Shown here piece after piece: positions 9,473-17,808 of a DNA stretch of 33,189 bases. Within the stretch, counting starts at the first letter, position 1. The number at the start of each line of letters is the position of its first letter. The notes beneath the pieces were generated by a model. That model ran no database searches, was not told the DNA's origin, and saw nothing but the letters and a program-made list of their open reading frames with translations. The translations under genes and the position numbers were made by a program. Source of the DNA: a virus (taxonomy: Duplodnaviria; Caudoviricetes); IMG/VR virus record IMGVR_UViG_3300010293_000023, positions 1 through 33,189 of that record. One strand, given 5' to 3'.

Positions 9473-11021
9473 GGTTTTTGAACCCTCCTTTCAACATATA
9501 AACATTTCCTGCACTGACAATCCCAGCGTCTTCCGCATCTGCTTCCCAACCACCTTCCCAGAAATTACGTGTTAACTGTGATTGTTTTATCAACTCGCCA
9601 GTAAACTCCATAGGATTCTGCGGTAGTGGTGCAATCATATAACGGAGTGCATCCATTAAATGATTGTTTTTATCAACAGGAACATCTTGGTCTTCTTTGT
9701 ACACATAACGTACGGCTTCTTTTTTAAGGTTATCTAAGGTATCAAAGAACTTTAATTTACCTAAGAATATGTAATCCCGAACTTTATCAATCCCCGTATC
9801 AATATCATTATTTCCTGGGTGTAAGTATATACCTGATACTTTCTGGAAATAGGATTGGTAGGTTTCGCCATCACGTTCATTACGATTCCGTATGGATGGG
9901 TCTGCTTGAATGTTATTATACATTGGCAAAGGTTTCATAATCTCAGCAATCTTCATTCCGTGGTAACTTACAGGTCGTTCGGCTTCATAGTACTCTTGAT
10001 AGACATAAATAATTCCTGTTGCTGGGTCTATCGCTGCCACCAACAGTGCGGTTTCATCCCTATAACCCTTGTCAAATCCAGCAAGCCGTAGCCAATTCTT
10101 TGGAATGGGTCTGGGTTGGACAAACGCCATAGGTATATCAGGGTACACGGCTCCTTCTCGAACATCTAAGTAGCAATCAATGTACTTACGAATCCAAGCA
10201 GGAGTTTTCCCTACCACCAAACGTTCAATAAACACTTTCGGCAGATAGGGGTTATCTCTGGTTGAAGAGATAAACGCGTGGTAGTGTCGGCTGGTATCTC
10301 GTCCACGTACTTTGTCATACATGGTTCGGTCAATGGATTCACTTGTGAAAAGTTTACCTGCTATTAACAAGAAGTTATCACGAACCCACCCATCATCTGG
10401 GTTAGACGAAACTAAGCCTAAATAGTGGTCATCAATTTCCTCTCCTATATCATTATACACCAAAGCGGCAGTATTGCGAAGACGATTTTGCAATTCTCTG
10501 AAAACTTCGTAGTCAACATTACTTGCTTCCTCAATATAAAAGGCAGTCAAGTTCAATGAACGTAAGTTTTCGTCGTCATTACTGGCGTAAACCAGAATTT
10601 CATGACCATTTTTTAACTTATAATAAATGTTTGGACTCTTTTGTTTTCGCTCAATTAAGTGAGGCGGCAACATCTTCTCAAACTCTGGGATGACTGCGTC
10701 GCGTATCAACTGCAATTTGGGTCCCGTAATCAGGCTGCGCCCATTGGGTACAGACAAAGCATGTATCGCCAACTCCGCGCAACACATGGTGGTCTTCCCA
10801 GAACCGAATCCACCAATATTTAACTTATACTGGGCTTTGGACTGATGGAACTTCTCTTGATAAATGGCAGGTTTATAATCAATGACGGATGCTTTACATG
10901 CAGGACACGAACCAGTAAAAGAAGAATCCGCTACTTTGATTTCCGCACTACAAAAGGGGCACTCATAAAAACGAGCGCCCGTATTATCTTTCCGTAATAG
11001 TTTCAATGCTGCATTATTCAT
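9453..11021 (-). CDS. terL: Terminase large subunit
   Basis: Walker A GGFGSGKT, Walker B FYIEEA, nuclease motifs AGFDKGYRD and NNHLMDALRY. Confidence 0.95.
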   Translation of the reverse strand: MNNAALKLLRKDNTGARFYECPFCSAEIKVADSSFTGSCPACKASVIDYKPAIYQEKFHQSKAQYKLNIGGFGSGKTTMCCAELAIHALSVPNGRSLITGPKLQLIRDAVIPEFEKMLPPHLIERKQKSPNIYYKLKNGHEILVYASNDDENLRSLNLTAFYIEEASNVDYEVFRELQNRLRNTAALVYNDIGEEIDDHYLGLVSSNPDDGWVRDNFLLIAGKLFTSESIDRTMYDKVRGRDTSRHYHAFISSTRDNPYLPKVFIERLVVGKTPAWIRKYIDCYLDVREGAVYPDIPMAFVQPRPIPKNWLRLAGFDKGYRDETALLVAAIDPATGIIYVYQEYYEAERPVSYHGMKIAEIMKPLPMYNNIQADPSIRNRNERDGETYQSYFQKVSGIYLHPGNNDIDTGIDKVRDYIFLGKLKFFDTLDNLKKEAVRYVYKEDQDVPVDKNNHLMDALRYMIAPLPQNPMEFTGELIKQSQLTRNFWEGGWEADAEDAGIVSAGNVYMLKGGFKNHGRLDE

Positions 11022-11421
11022 CTAAATCCGCCTTTCTGTCTGGTAAACGGATGATTACGAAGCGTGTGTTGTCCTCTGCGGATTCGGCTTCTATCATTGC
11101 CTTACGAACATTGATAGCATCACGTGTACCTTTGCCCTCCAATAACGCTGTGTCGGCTTTCTTTTTGATTTGTTCATTGATGAAACTCTCAATGATTCGT
11201 TTTACAGGGGGATGACTTAAAAACTTTTTCCAGATGTCAACATCTAATCCTGTTTCATCTGCTAAATCCGTACTACTCTTGGTAAGATTTGCTGCAAAAT
11301 TTTCTTCAAATATATTCGCAAGACTCAGGAACGCCATCTTATCTTCCATAGAAAGTTTCAGGTCATTTTTGACGGCTGCTACAAGCACGGAGTCCTGAGG
11401 TTTTGGTTTTTTATTTGCCAA
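11014..11421 (-). CDS. Probable terminase small subunit
   Basis: 135 aa overlapping the terL start; HTH-like segment STDLADETGLDVDIWKKFL. Call is mainly positional. Confidence 0.6.
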   Translation of the reverse strand: MANKKPKPQDSVLVAAVKNDLKLSMEDKMAFLSLANIFEENFAANLTKSSTDLADETGLDVDIWKKFLSHPPVKRIIESFINEQIKKKADTALLEGKGTRDAINVRKAMIEAESAEDNTRFVIIRLPDRKADLDE

Positions 11422-12202
11422 CTTCCGTCACCTTCAATTCCACAAAGGCATCGCCAACTTGTTGTTTTAAGTCAATCGGCTGGACCTTAGTGACAATTAT
11501 AGTTTCCTTCGGTACAGTCACAGTAAGATAATCCATAGAAGCATACACAACTTTTCCATTGTGATTAAGCATAGCCCAATTCATGCCATTAACGACGACA
11601 CTGCCGAGATATGGAAGACCTCCCTTCGGAACAAATACCCCCAAGTGAGTGGCAGCAATACGAATAGGTTGTGAACGCAATATTAAGTTGCCAATCGTTG
11701 GGATTGCTAAGACAGTAGAATCATATTTGTAATCCACGGTTTGAACTCCTTCCCCAGTCACTCTCATAATTGGACTGTTAAATGAAACGAATCTTGGGTC
11801 AATCGCATACTTGAAACGGTCTGCATATTTCTTAATATAACCTACTGGGGTAACCCACACTTCATAATGCAAATGTGGTCCCGTAGAATTAAGACCTGTA
11901 TTCCCTGCTTTACCAATAAACTGACCTTTTCTCACTACATCTCCGACCTTTACAGCACGGCTATCGAGGTGAACATAGTTAGTATAATACCACTGACCGT
12001 CCGCCACATCTTTGTGGACAATGTCTATTGTGTTTCCTCCACCTGTACTGTAAAAGGATGCGGTTACCACACCGTCTTCCCAAGCGAACAAATCAGGGGT
12101 CGTTAATCCAAGACTCCGAAACCCTAAGTCGATTGCTTGATGGGTCGTCGGTTTGAACCCTTGTGTCAAGTAGGCTTTAAGAAGAGGGATGTACATACTC
12201 AT
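11411..12202 (-). CDS. Endolysin, M23 metallopeptidase
   Basis: HxxxD (HQAID), YVHL, VKVGDVVRKGQFIG and GNTG.STGPHLHYE (HxH); C-terminal part may bind cell wall. Start could be 12196. Confidence 0.9.
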   Translation of the reverse strand: MSMYIPLLKAYLTQGFKPTTHQAIDLGFRSLGLTTPDLFAWEDGVVTASFYSTGGGNTIDIVHKDVADGQWYYTNYVHLDSRAVKVGDVVRKGQFIGKAGNTGLNSTGPHLHYEVWVTPVGYIKKYADRFKYAIDPRFVSFNSPIMRVTGEGVQTVDYKYDSTVLAIPTIGNLILRSQPIRIAATHLGVFVPKGGLPYLGSVVVNGMNWAMLNHNGKVVYASMDYLTVTVPKETIIVTKVQPIDLKQQVGDAFVELKVTEVGK

Positions 12203-12594
12203 CCCTCCCCTTCAGTAAATACTTCTTCCACCTGTCGGGGTTTATAATCCCGAATACTCATTAGTTTATAAGACATGTCTTTGGCACGTTCAATTGTGAA
12301 AGCGCCCCAATAAATTGCAATACCTGTTCCTGTAATTACACTAACTAACTCTTGATTCAACTCTACAATCTTAAAGAATGATAGCAACCACGGAAGGACG
12401 GTCACCCCTGTCGTCAACCAGACAAACAGGATGTACATAATCGCAACCCCTTTGAACCCGCTGAAGAATACCTTCCATGAAAACTCATCTTTATGATAGT
12501 AGGCTCCAGCAAACATATTCCCTATCTGGAAAAATAATGCCGCAGCCATGAAGCAGGTCAATCTAAATAGTTCAAACTGAATAATTTTTAACAT
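12199..12594 (-). CDS. Probable holin
   Basis: About three hydrophobic segments and a charged C-terminus; overlaps the endolysin start; GGAGG RBS before ATG 12594. Confidence 0.7.
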   Translation of the reverse strand: MLKIIQFELFRLTCFMAAALFFQIGNMFAGAYYHKDEFSWKVFFSGFKGVAIMYILFVWLTTGVTVLPWLLSFFKIVELNQELVSVITGTGIAIYWGAFTIERAKDMSYKLMSIRDYKPRQVEEVFTEGEG

Positions 12595-12595
12595 A

Positions 12596-12793
12596 TTAAG
12601 CCTCCGTTCCTTCTGCACCTAAATGTTCCACAGGTGCCTCATACCTATCTTTTAATTCCAAATAAGCCGTCCGCCACGCTCTTGCTTCAACGATTGTCAT
12701 AGCCAATTGTTGTTTTAAGCGAGTCGTTTCCTCTACATGTTGTTTTGTTAATTCTTGAATTACTTCTGAAGCATCTAATTGAATATTTTGCAT
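12596..12793 (-). CDS. Small coiled-coil hypothetical protein
   Basis: 65 aa, AAAGGAG RBS, own upstream promoter. Confidence 0.7.
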   Translation of the reverse strand: MQNIQLDASEVIQELTKQHVEETTRLKQQLAMTIVEARAWRTAYLELKDRYEAPVEHLGAEGTEA

Positions 12794-12817
12794 AGTATTT
12801 ATGCTCCTTTCGGTATC

Positions 12818-12828
12818 ATTATAGCATA
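12818..12828 (-). promoter_or_regulatory. Extended -10 promoter TATGCTATAAT (lysis/packaging operon)
   Basis: Third exact copy of the 11-mer, about 25 nt upstream of ATG 12793. Confidence 0.7.
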
Positions 12829-12847
12829 TTGTAAATAGGATGTAAAG

Positions 12848-13115
12848 TTACCCTGTACCTGATATAGTTACATTTGATAAAGTAAAATTAATCCCACTGC
12901 CATAATCGCTGGAGTTACCATTCGTTAAAGTTCCGCTTCCAGTGGTGCTGGCAGTTAAAAATAATCCTGAGTCAAACGTTGTTTTGTTTGCTGATGTTGC
13001 TGCGGTTCCTTTTAAAGTACCTGCATACCGCATCATCGGAATACAAAGCCATATAGAGGTTTTGAGTACCAAAATAATCTAACATTAAATTTTTGCCAGA
13101 AGTTGTGAATGGCAT
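12848..13115 (-). pseudogene. Frameshifted small virion/tail-fibre-like gene
   Basis: AGAAAGGA RBS and ATG 13115 give MPFTTSGKNLMLDYFGTQNLYMALYSDDA, stopping at 12972. The T/G/S-rich continuation (AGTLKGTAAT...FTLSNVTISGTG*) is in the +1 frame from about 13030. Confidence 0.55.
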
Positions 13116-13188
13116 ATTGACATCAGTCCTTTCTAATTTTAATATATCACAGTTATAGCCGAATTATAACTATGAAATCAAATTTAAT

Positions 13189-13251
13189 TTATGCTGTACG
13201 TTGCCACATATAAACGACAACATAAGGCATTAAACTACTACTCGAATCTGT
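13189..13251 (-). pseudogene. Orphan C-terminal tail-fibre/baseplate fragment
   Basis: TDSSSSLMPYVVVYMWQRTA* matches the well-known phage fibre C-terminal motif (L/M)(Q/M)PY..VY.W.RTA; an in-frame stop lies immediately upstream. Confidence 0.65.
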
Positions 13252-13280
13252 TTAATTACACGCAACTACCTATTACAATA

Positions 13281-13514
13281 TTATTTTAACCAAACTGGCG
13301 CGTTAGGAATTATTTTTGTTTCCCAAGCATCTAACCACGACATATACCAATTTAATAAATCGTTTCTTTCTTCTGGTGTTAGTAAATCATACCACAATCC
13401 GCCACGATTAATTATTTTAAAACATACTGTTTCACGAACATTGTCAAAATGTTCTTTATCACTAAATAATACTTCTGGATTTTGTAAATCCCATTCATAT
13501 GGATGCTTCATCAT
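13281..13514 (-). CDS. Tail fibre assembly chaperone-like protein
   Basis: RGGLWYDLLTPEERNDLLNWYMSWLD...IPNAPVWL has a Tfa-like W..P..P.W ending; TAATG coupling to the fibre gene. Confidence 0.6.
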   Translation of the reverse strand: MMKHPYEWDLQNPEVLFSDKEHFDNVRETVCFKIINRGGLWYDLLTPEERNDLLNWYMSWLDAWETKIIPNAPVWLK

Positions 13515-14131
13515 TAATCCCACCTACCTATCGCTTGCCAATGAACATTCCAGTTTTGTGAAGTTGTTGATGTGGCACGACCAATCTGATAATTTATAGC
13601 AGTAGAAGATATACCATTCGGTAAAAACCAACTTGTTCTGCTGTTTCCTGTTGCATCAATTGTTTGCCCAGTAATGCTTGGGGTTGACGAGAATGCTACG
13701 GTTGTGTTAAAGGTAATCGTCCATGGGGTTGATGGACTAATAAATATATTACCAAAAGAAACCGAAACAGCACTAGTCTGAACCAAAGTTCCCCACTTAA
13801 TAAGGGTTCCATCACTATACTGAATCCAATATTGCCCACTAGCGTTCCCACTTGCTACAATATAAGTAGCGTTGATAGTAATAGAATCAGTAGCAGCGTC
13901 GGTTGTAATTGTTACATTTGTGCCTGCAACCAAAGTTAAAGTGTCCTGCTTATCATCGGCAGAAACAGTTGTCTGACCAGAAACAGCCACTGAAGTGAAC
14001 GCGTTTTGGTTCACTTCAGCACCGCTTTGTATGCTATCTAACTTAGTTAGGTCTGCACTGGTGACGAACCAATTAACAGAACCTGTACCAATGTTATCTG
14101 CGTTATCTAATGTTGATAAAAGTTTAGGCAT
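13514..14131 (-). CDS. Tail fibre protein with C-terminal gp53-like domain
   Basis: KLDSIQSGAEVNQNAF..V.V and DTLTLVAGTNVTIT shaft motifs; YWIQYSDGTLIKWG...VHWQAIGRW tip domain. Confidence 0.75.
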   Translation of the reverse strand: MPKLLSTLDNADNIGTGSVNWFVTSADLTKLDSIQSGAEVNQNAFTSVAVSGQTTVSADDKQDTLTLVAGTNVTITTDAATDSITINATYIVASGNASGQYWIQYSDGTLIKWGTLVQTSAVSVSFGNIFISPSTPWTITFNTTVAFSSTPSITGQTIDATGNSRTSWFLPNGISSTAINYQIGRATSTTSQNWNVHWQAIGRWD

Positions 14132-14143
14132 AGTTAGCCCTCC

Positions 14144-15223
14144 TTACCCAATGACTACTACTCTATATGTGTTAGCAGACGGAGCCACTGCAAATTTAAC
14201 AGTGATGGTATTCGTTGTAGCGTGCTCAATATCACAAATAACTTTTGCGTAAGGTGAACTTACTTCATAAACAGCAACTTGAACATCTTGCGTTCCTAAG
14301 TTGTGTGTTACGGTATAACTCGTAGCAGAAGTAGATAATGTAGTAGAGTATTTTGCCAGTATAGTTGGCGCACCTGTAATATTTGTCCACGCAACATTCG
14401 CATCTAACTCCCCTTTCGTACCTGAGAACACTTCCGAAGTATTGGTTGCATCTGGAATAAAAGTGAATTTACCCGTGCTGTCATCAAACCCGAAGAAGCC
14501 AACTTTGGCTACGGTTCCATTATGCCAGCGGAATTCAATACCACGGTCTTTGTTGTCGTCTGCACCCGGGGCGGTATCTCCGCCAATAGTGAATACGGGG
14601 TCATCAATAGTGACAATAGTTGAGTTAATAGTTTGTGTCGTACCATTGACTGTCAAGTTGCCTGTAATGACGACGTTGTTGCTGAATGTCTTATCACCGG
14701 CAAAAGTCTGAGTCGTAGTCGTGACTACACCAGATGCTGCATCTGTTGCCGACGGAACGGCAGCATAAGGAACCGCCGACATCCCAGTTCCGGTTAACGA
14801 ACCTGTGGGTCCCGCTGTCGTACCACCAGTCCAAGCAAAAGTAGTTGGGTACCAGTTGGTATCAGTAACCGTTGTGGCTACCGTAATGGTATCGGCATCT
14901 GTTCTTGTGAACGTAATACCAGTACCGTTGGCAAACTTAACATCATCTGTCGAAGCATCATTGCCAGACAAGCGTAAGTTGACTCCACCTGTGGCTGTTT
15001 CAGCAGAAATACTGTAAGTAGTATTGGTGTCAGTACCACCTGAACCAACATCCTGCCAGTTAGTCGTACCAGTGTTGACATAAAATTTATTGTTGATAGA
15101 ATCCCAAAGCATTTGACCTTCGACACCACTGACAACGCCTTGCGGGCTGCCTGCGTAATTCTCAATGACGGCTTTCTGGATTTCCAACTGGTTTAGATTA
15201 ATAGGCGTTAGAAATTTTGGCAT
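14144..15223 (-). CDS. Fibre/virion structural protein
   Basis: T/G-rich; QTFAGDKTF, VITGNLTVNGT, DDNKDRGIEF and TVTHNLGTQDV motifs; AGGAGG RBS before MPKF. Confidence 0.75.
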   Translation of the reverse strand: MPKFLTPINLNQLEIQKAVIENYAGSPQGVVSGVEGQMLWDSINNKFYVNTGTTNWQDVGSGGTDTNTTYSISAETATGGVNLRLSGNDASTDDVKFANGTGITFTRTDADTITVATTVTDTNWYPTTFAWTGGTTAGPTGSLTGTGMSAVPYAAVPSATDAASGVVTTTTQTFAGDKTFSNNVVITGNLTVNGTTQTINSTIVTIDDPVFTIGGDTAPGADDNKDRGIEFRWHNGTVAKVGFFGFDDSTGKFTFIPDATNTSEVFSGTKGELDANVAWTNITGAPTILAKYSTTLSTSATSYTVTHNLGTQDVQVAVYEVSSPYAKVICDIEHATTNTITVKFAVAPSANTYRVVVIG

Positions 15224-15236
15224 GTTCATCCCCTCC

Positions 15237-15884
15237 TTAATTTAGGTATGCCTTCCCAGAGAATGCCCCTGAGAATGTTAGCGTAATTTGGTTGACTGTG
15301 TCAAAGGTTATATCCCCTATCACAATCTCGTTGAAGTTATTGACGACTTGCACGCTTGGGAACTTGTTCATGTTATGAGTAATCACCCAAGTAGCAGAAG
15401 ACACCATCTGTTCATGTACATAGTGGTTAACATACTCAAGCATAGCAATGTCAGACTCCGCTGCGGTCACCCTTGCTTCAAGTGAAGCGTACAAATTCTG
15501 TAAAAGGGTCAACGCGCTTGGGTCATAACTGGTATCACCCCCGACAATGTTCAGCGAACGGTTGACGGGTATGTGTTTAATCTCGAAATACACTTTTTCT
15601 TCTAAGGGTCCCACCGCGTAGGCTTGCAACGCAATCCTGCCTGGTATCAGCCACTCGGTTTGAACAGGGACTGTCCCAATCACCCCTGTCCCCAGAGAAA
15701 GAGGCACGCCTTGATTGTTGTTGAGTTTTAAGTCCACAAATTTTGACCAAGAATCCACACCGCAGCCTGTAAAATCAACAATCAACTGCGAAACATCTGC
15801 TTCGTGCTCAAATTGGGGACCCGTCATATCCAGTGTGCCGTCTAAGCAGGTGAATGTGATATTCTTTAAGGTCACATAACTCAT
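15237..15884 (-). CDS. Virion fibre-module protein (BppU-like N-terminus plus coiled coil)
   Basis: Beta N-domain, coiled coil, and C-terminal WVITHNMNKFPSV...FSGKAYLN shared with phage fibre modules. Confidence 0.65.
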   Translation of the reverse strand: MSYVTLKNITFTCLDGTLDMTGPQFEHEADVSQLIVDFTGCGVDSWSKFVDLKLNNNQGVPLSLGTGVIGTVPVQTEWLIPGRIALQAYAVGPLEEKVYFEIKHIPVNRSLNIVGGDTSYDPSALTLLQNLYASLEARVTAAESDIAMLEYVNHYVHEQMVSSATWVITHNMNKFPSVQVVNNFNEIVIGDITFDTVNQITLTFSGAFSGKAYLN

Positions 15885-15899
15885 AAATAACCCTCCTCT

Positions 15900-17105
15900 C
15901 TATTTTATACTGTCCACATTAATCACAATAGGTATCTCGTTATCTTCATCTAAGATAAGTAGGAACTGACTGGCTCTTCCCATGTAGCGATTGTTCAATG
16001 CGTAGGGGTCAAGCCCCTTGAGGCTTCCGTTGACGAACACTTTGCCGCCTTGGAACTCCTTCATCTTCGCTACATGATAATGCCCCATGAATATATAGTC
16101 CAGTTGAACCCGCAGCAGCCCGCCGAGGTTCTGAAACACGGTATTTATCTTGTCTAAATGCCCGTGGACATAGGCAACTTTCTTTCCGTTCACCGTTTCA
16201 AAGTACCCAATGTTCTCATCAATGGTTTGTGGCACCAATCGGGTCACGGACTGCATCCGCGCCAACCGTTCCTGTAACCACCAATGCCCTAACTTCGCAA
16301 AATTCTCCTTTTCAATGTGTTCTGCATCGTTTTTATTGATGCGTGAGTGGTTGTCGTACACATGATGATAGAACGTTTCCTCAAAATAAGGCTCCAGCGC
16401 CAGAATTAACTCGGCTATCATCTCCGAAGCCTGCATCACCTGCTGTATCACATCAATCTCAGACTCCACACGCACGCTGACGTGGATGTTGCCCTCGTGC
16501 ATGTCCCCCAAATTCAGTATATGCAGCCGTGTGACATTGTTTTGTTGGCAGTATTTTACTGTATCACGATACAGTTTATCTATCCTGCACTTTTGTATCG
16601 CCAAATCGTACGAATTTTTGAAATTTTTGAACTTTGCCCCTGTGTGCCAATCACTTATTAGCAGTATCGCTTCAACCCCAGCCTCCGTTGGCTCGATTGA
16701 TAGTGGTGGTGTCAGGGTTATTGGCTCGATTTGGTTCGCTGACTCCTTAATCGCCTCGGTCAGCACCTCGATTCGCGCCTCATCCCGTAAGTACTTCCTG
16801 TAATGCCGCATCTTGTCTTGTGTTTTGACCTGTTGTTTGTATAAGGCTTCCCTTTTCTTGTCCAGCAACTCCGCTATATCGTCATTGAGGAACTCCTTCT
16901 TGACCGCCTCGAACATCTTGTCAAACTCCTGAACCTTCTTCCGATAATAACTCTCGGTATAATCATAACCCAATTGTGAATTTAAGAACCGCGCTACGTC
17001 TGTCCAGAGTTCAAGCCCAGGGGTAGTACCCTTAAAGTGTGCAATCCGATAGATATAAGCCAGTTCCGTTTCGTCTTCTAATCGTGTCATCTTGGTTTCG
17101 TCCAT
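15900..17105 (-). CDS. Calcineurin-like metallophosphoesterase
   Basis: ISDWH, LGDMHEG, DNH, HGH and GHYH motifs; N-terminal helical and coiled-coil extension. Confidence 0.9.
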   Translation of the reverse strand: MDETKMTRLEDETELAYIYRIAHFKGTTPGLELWTDVARFLNSQLGYDYTESYYRKKVQEFDKMFEAVKKEFLNDDIAELLDKKREALYKQQVKTQDKMRHYRKYLRDEARIEVLTEAIKESANQIEPITLTPPLSIEPTEAGVEAILLISDWHTGAKFKNFKNSYDLAIQKCRIDKLYRDTVKYCQQNNVTRLHILNLGDMHEGNIHVSVRVESEIDVIQQVMQASEMIAELILALEPYFEETFYHHVYDNHSRINKNDAEHIEKENFAKLGHWWLQERLARMQSVTRLVPQTIDENIGYFETVNGKKVAYVHGHLDKINTVFQNLGGLLRVQLDYIFMGHYHVAKMKEFQGGKVFVNGSLKGLDPYALNNRYMGRASQFLLILDEDNEIPIVINVDSIK

Positions 17106-17133
17106 TCGTTTCCTCCGTTCATTAACCGTTTTT

Positions 17134-17162
17134 ATTATAGCACGATTCTTGGGTTTTGTACA
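17134..17162 (-). promoter_or_regulatory. Leftward promoter of the late arm
   Basis: TGTACA-17 bp-TATAAT with extended TG. Confidence 0.7.
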
Positions 17163-17282
17163 TAGGCGGGTGAAGGTGTGTTTGCTAATTCATATATAGT
17201 CCACTCTCGCGCCTGCGCATTATGCTACATTCAAGCGCACCCCCCGTGTCCTACCTGTGTCCTGTACATGTAGCGCCTTGAG

Positions 17283-17310
17283 TTGACTTTCGGCAGGTTT
17301 CTGCTAATCT
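17283..17310 (+). promoter_or_regulatory. Rightward early promoter
   Basis: TTGACT-16 bp-TAATCT with extended TG, followed by hairpin TTGTAAGGC-N8-GCCTTACAA (17316-17341). Confidence 0.6.
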
Positions 17311-17383
17311 TGGACTTGTAAGGCGATAGTATGCCTTACAACGTACATGATGCAACGCGATAACGCGGGAAAGGAACACAATC

Positions 17384-17728
17384 ATGACAAACAAACAATT
17401 AGAGGCAGCATTGCGCGCAGCAAAGGCGGAGAACAAAGCGCTCCGTGCAGCAGCAGCACAAACGACCACGAAGGTTGCCAAACCTTCGACCAAAACCGAG
17501 GCAATCAAAGCGTGGAAAGAGGCACGCGGGATTACGCCTGAAGCGAAGGCAGTTTACGACCAACTCGAAGCAGCGAACTTCACGCTCGATTGGGAGAAGT
17601 GGGTTGCAAAACGCAATTTCACAGGCATGAAACTCGAAGAACGCAAGGCAGCGAATCGCGCCGAAGCGAATCGCATCCGGAACGTGTATCGCAAACTTGC
17701 TGGTTTGCCGTTAGTTACCAAGCAATAA
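17384..17728 (+). CDS. First early hypothetical protein (Ala/Lys-rich)
   Basis: 114 aa, GAAAGGA RBS, biased codon usage. Confidence 0.8.
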   Translation: MTNKQLEAALRAAKAENKALRAAAAQTTTKVAKPSTKTEAIKAWKEARGITPEAKAVYDQLEAANFTLDWEKWVAKRNFTGMKLEERKAANRAEANRIRNVYRKLAGLPLVTKQ

Positions 17729-17729
17729 G

Positions 17730-17785
17730 ACGAAATCGGACGCATCACGCGTCCTTTCGTTCGAGCGCAGGAACACTCCTGCGTT
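17730..17785 (+). repeat. Two-hairpin intergenic element, copy 1
   Basis: ACGAAA(TC)GGACGC-ATCAC-GCGTCCTTTCGT, linker TCG, then AGCGCAGGA-ACAC-TCCTGCGTT. Confidence 0.8.
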
Positions 17786-17808
17786 GGAAGGAAAGGATGG
17801 TACAAACC

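Noticed and set aside
12848-15884. Diversity-generating retroelement or shufflon at the fibre locus
   Set aside because: No reverse transcriptase, no template/variable repeat pair, no invertase and no inverted cassettes visible in the window.
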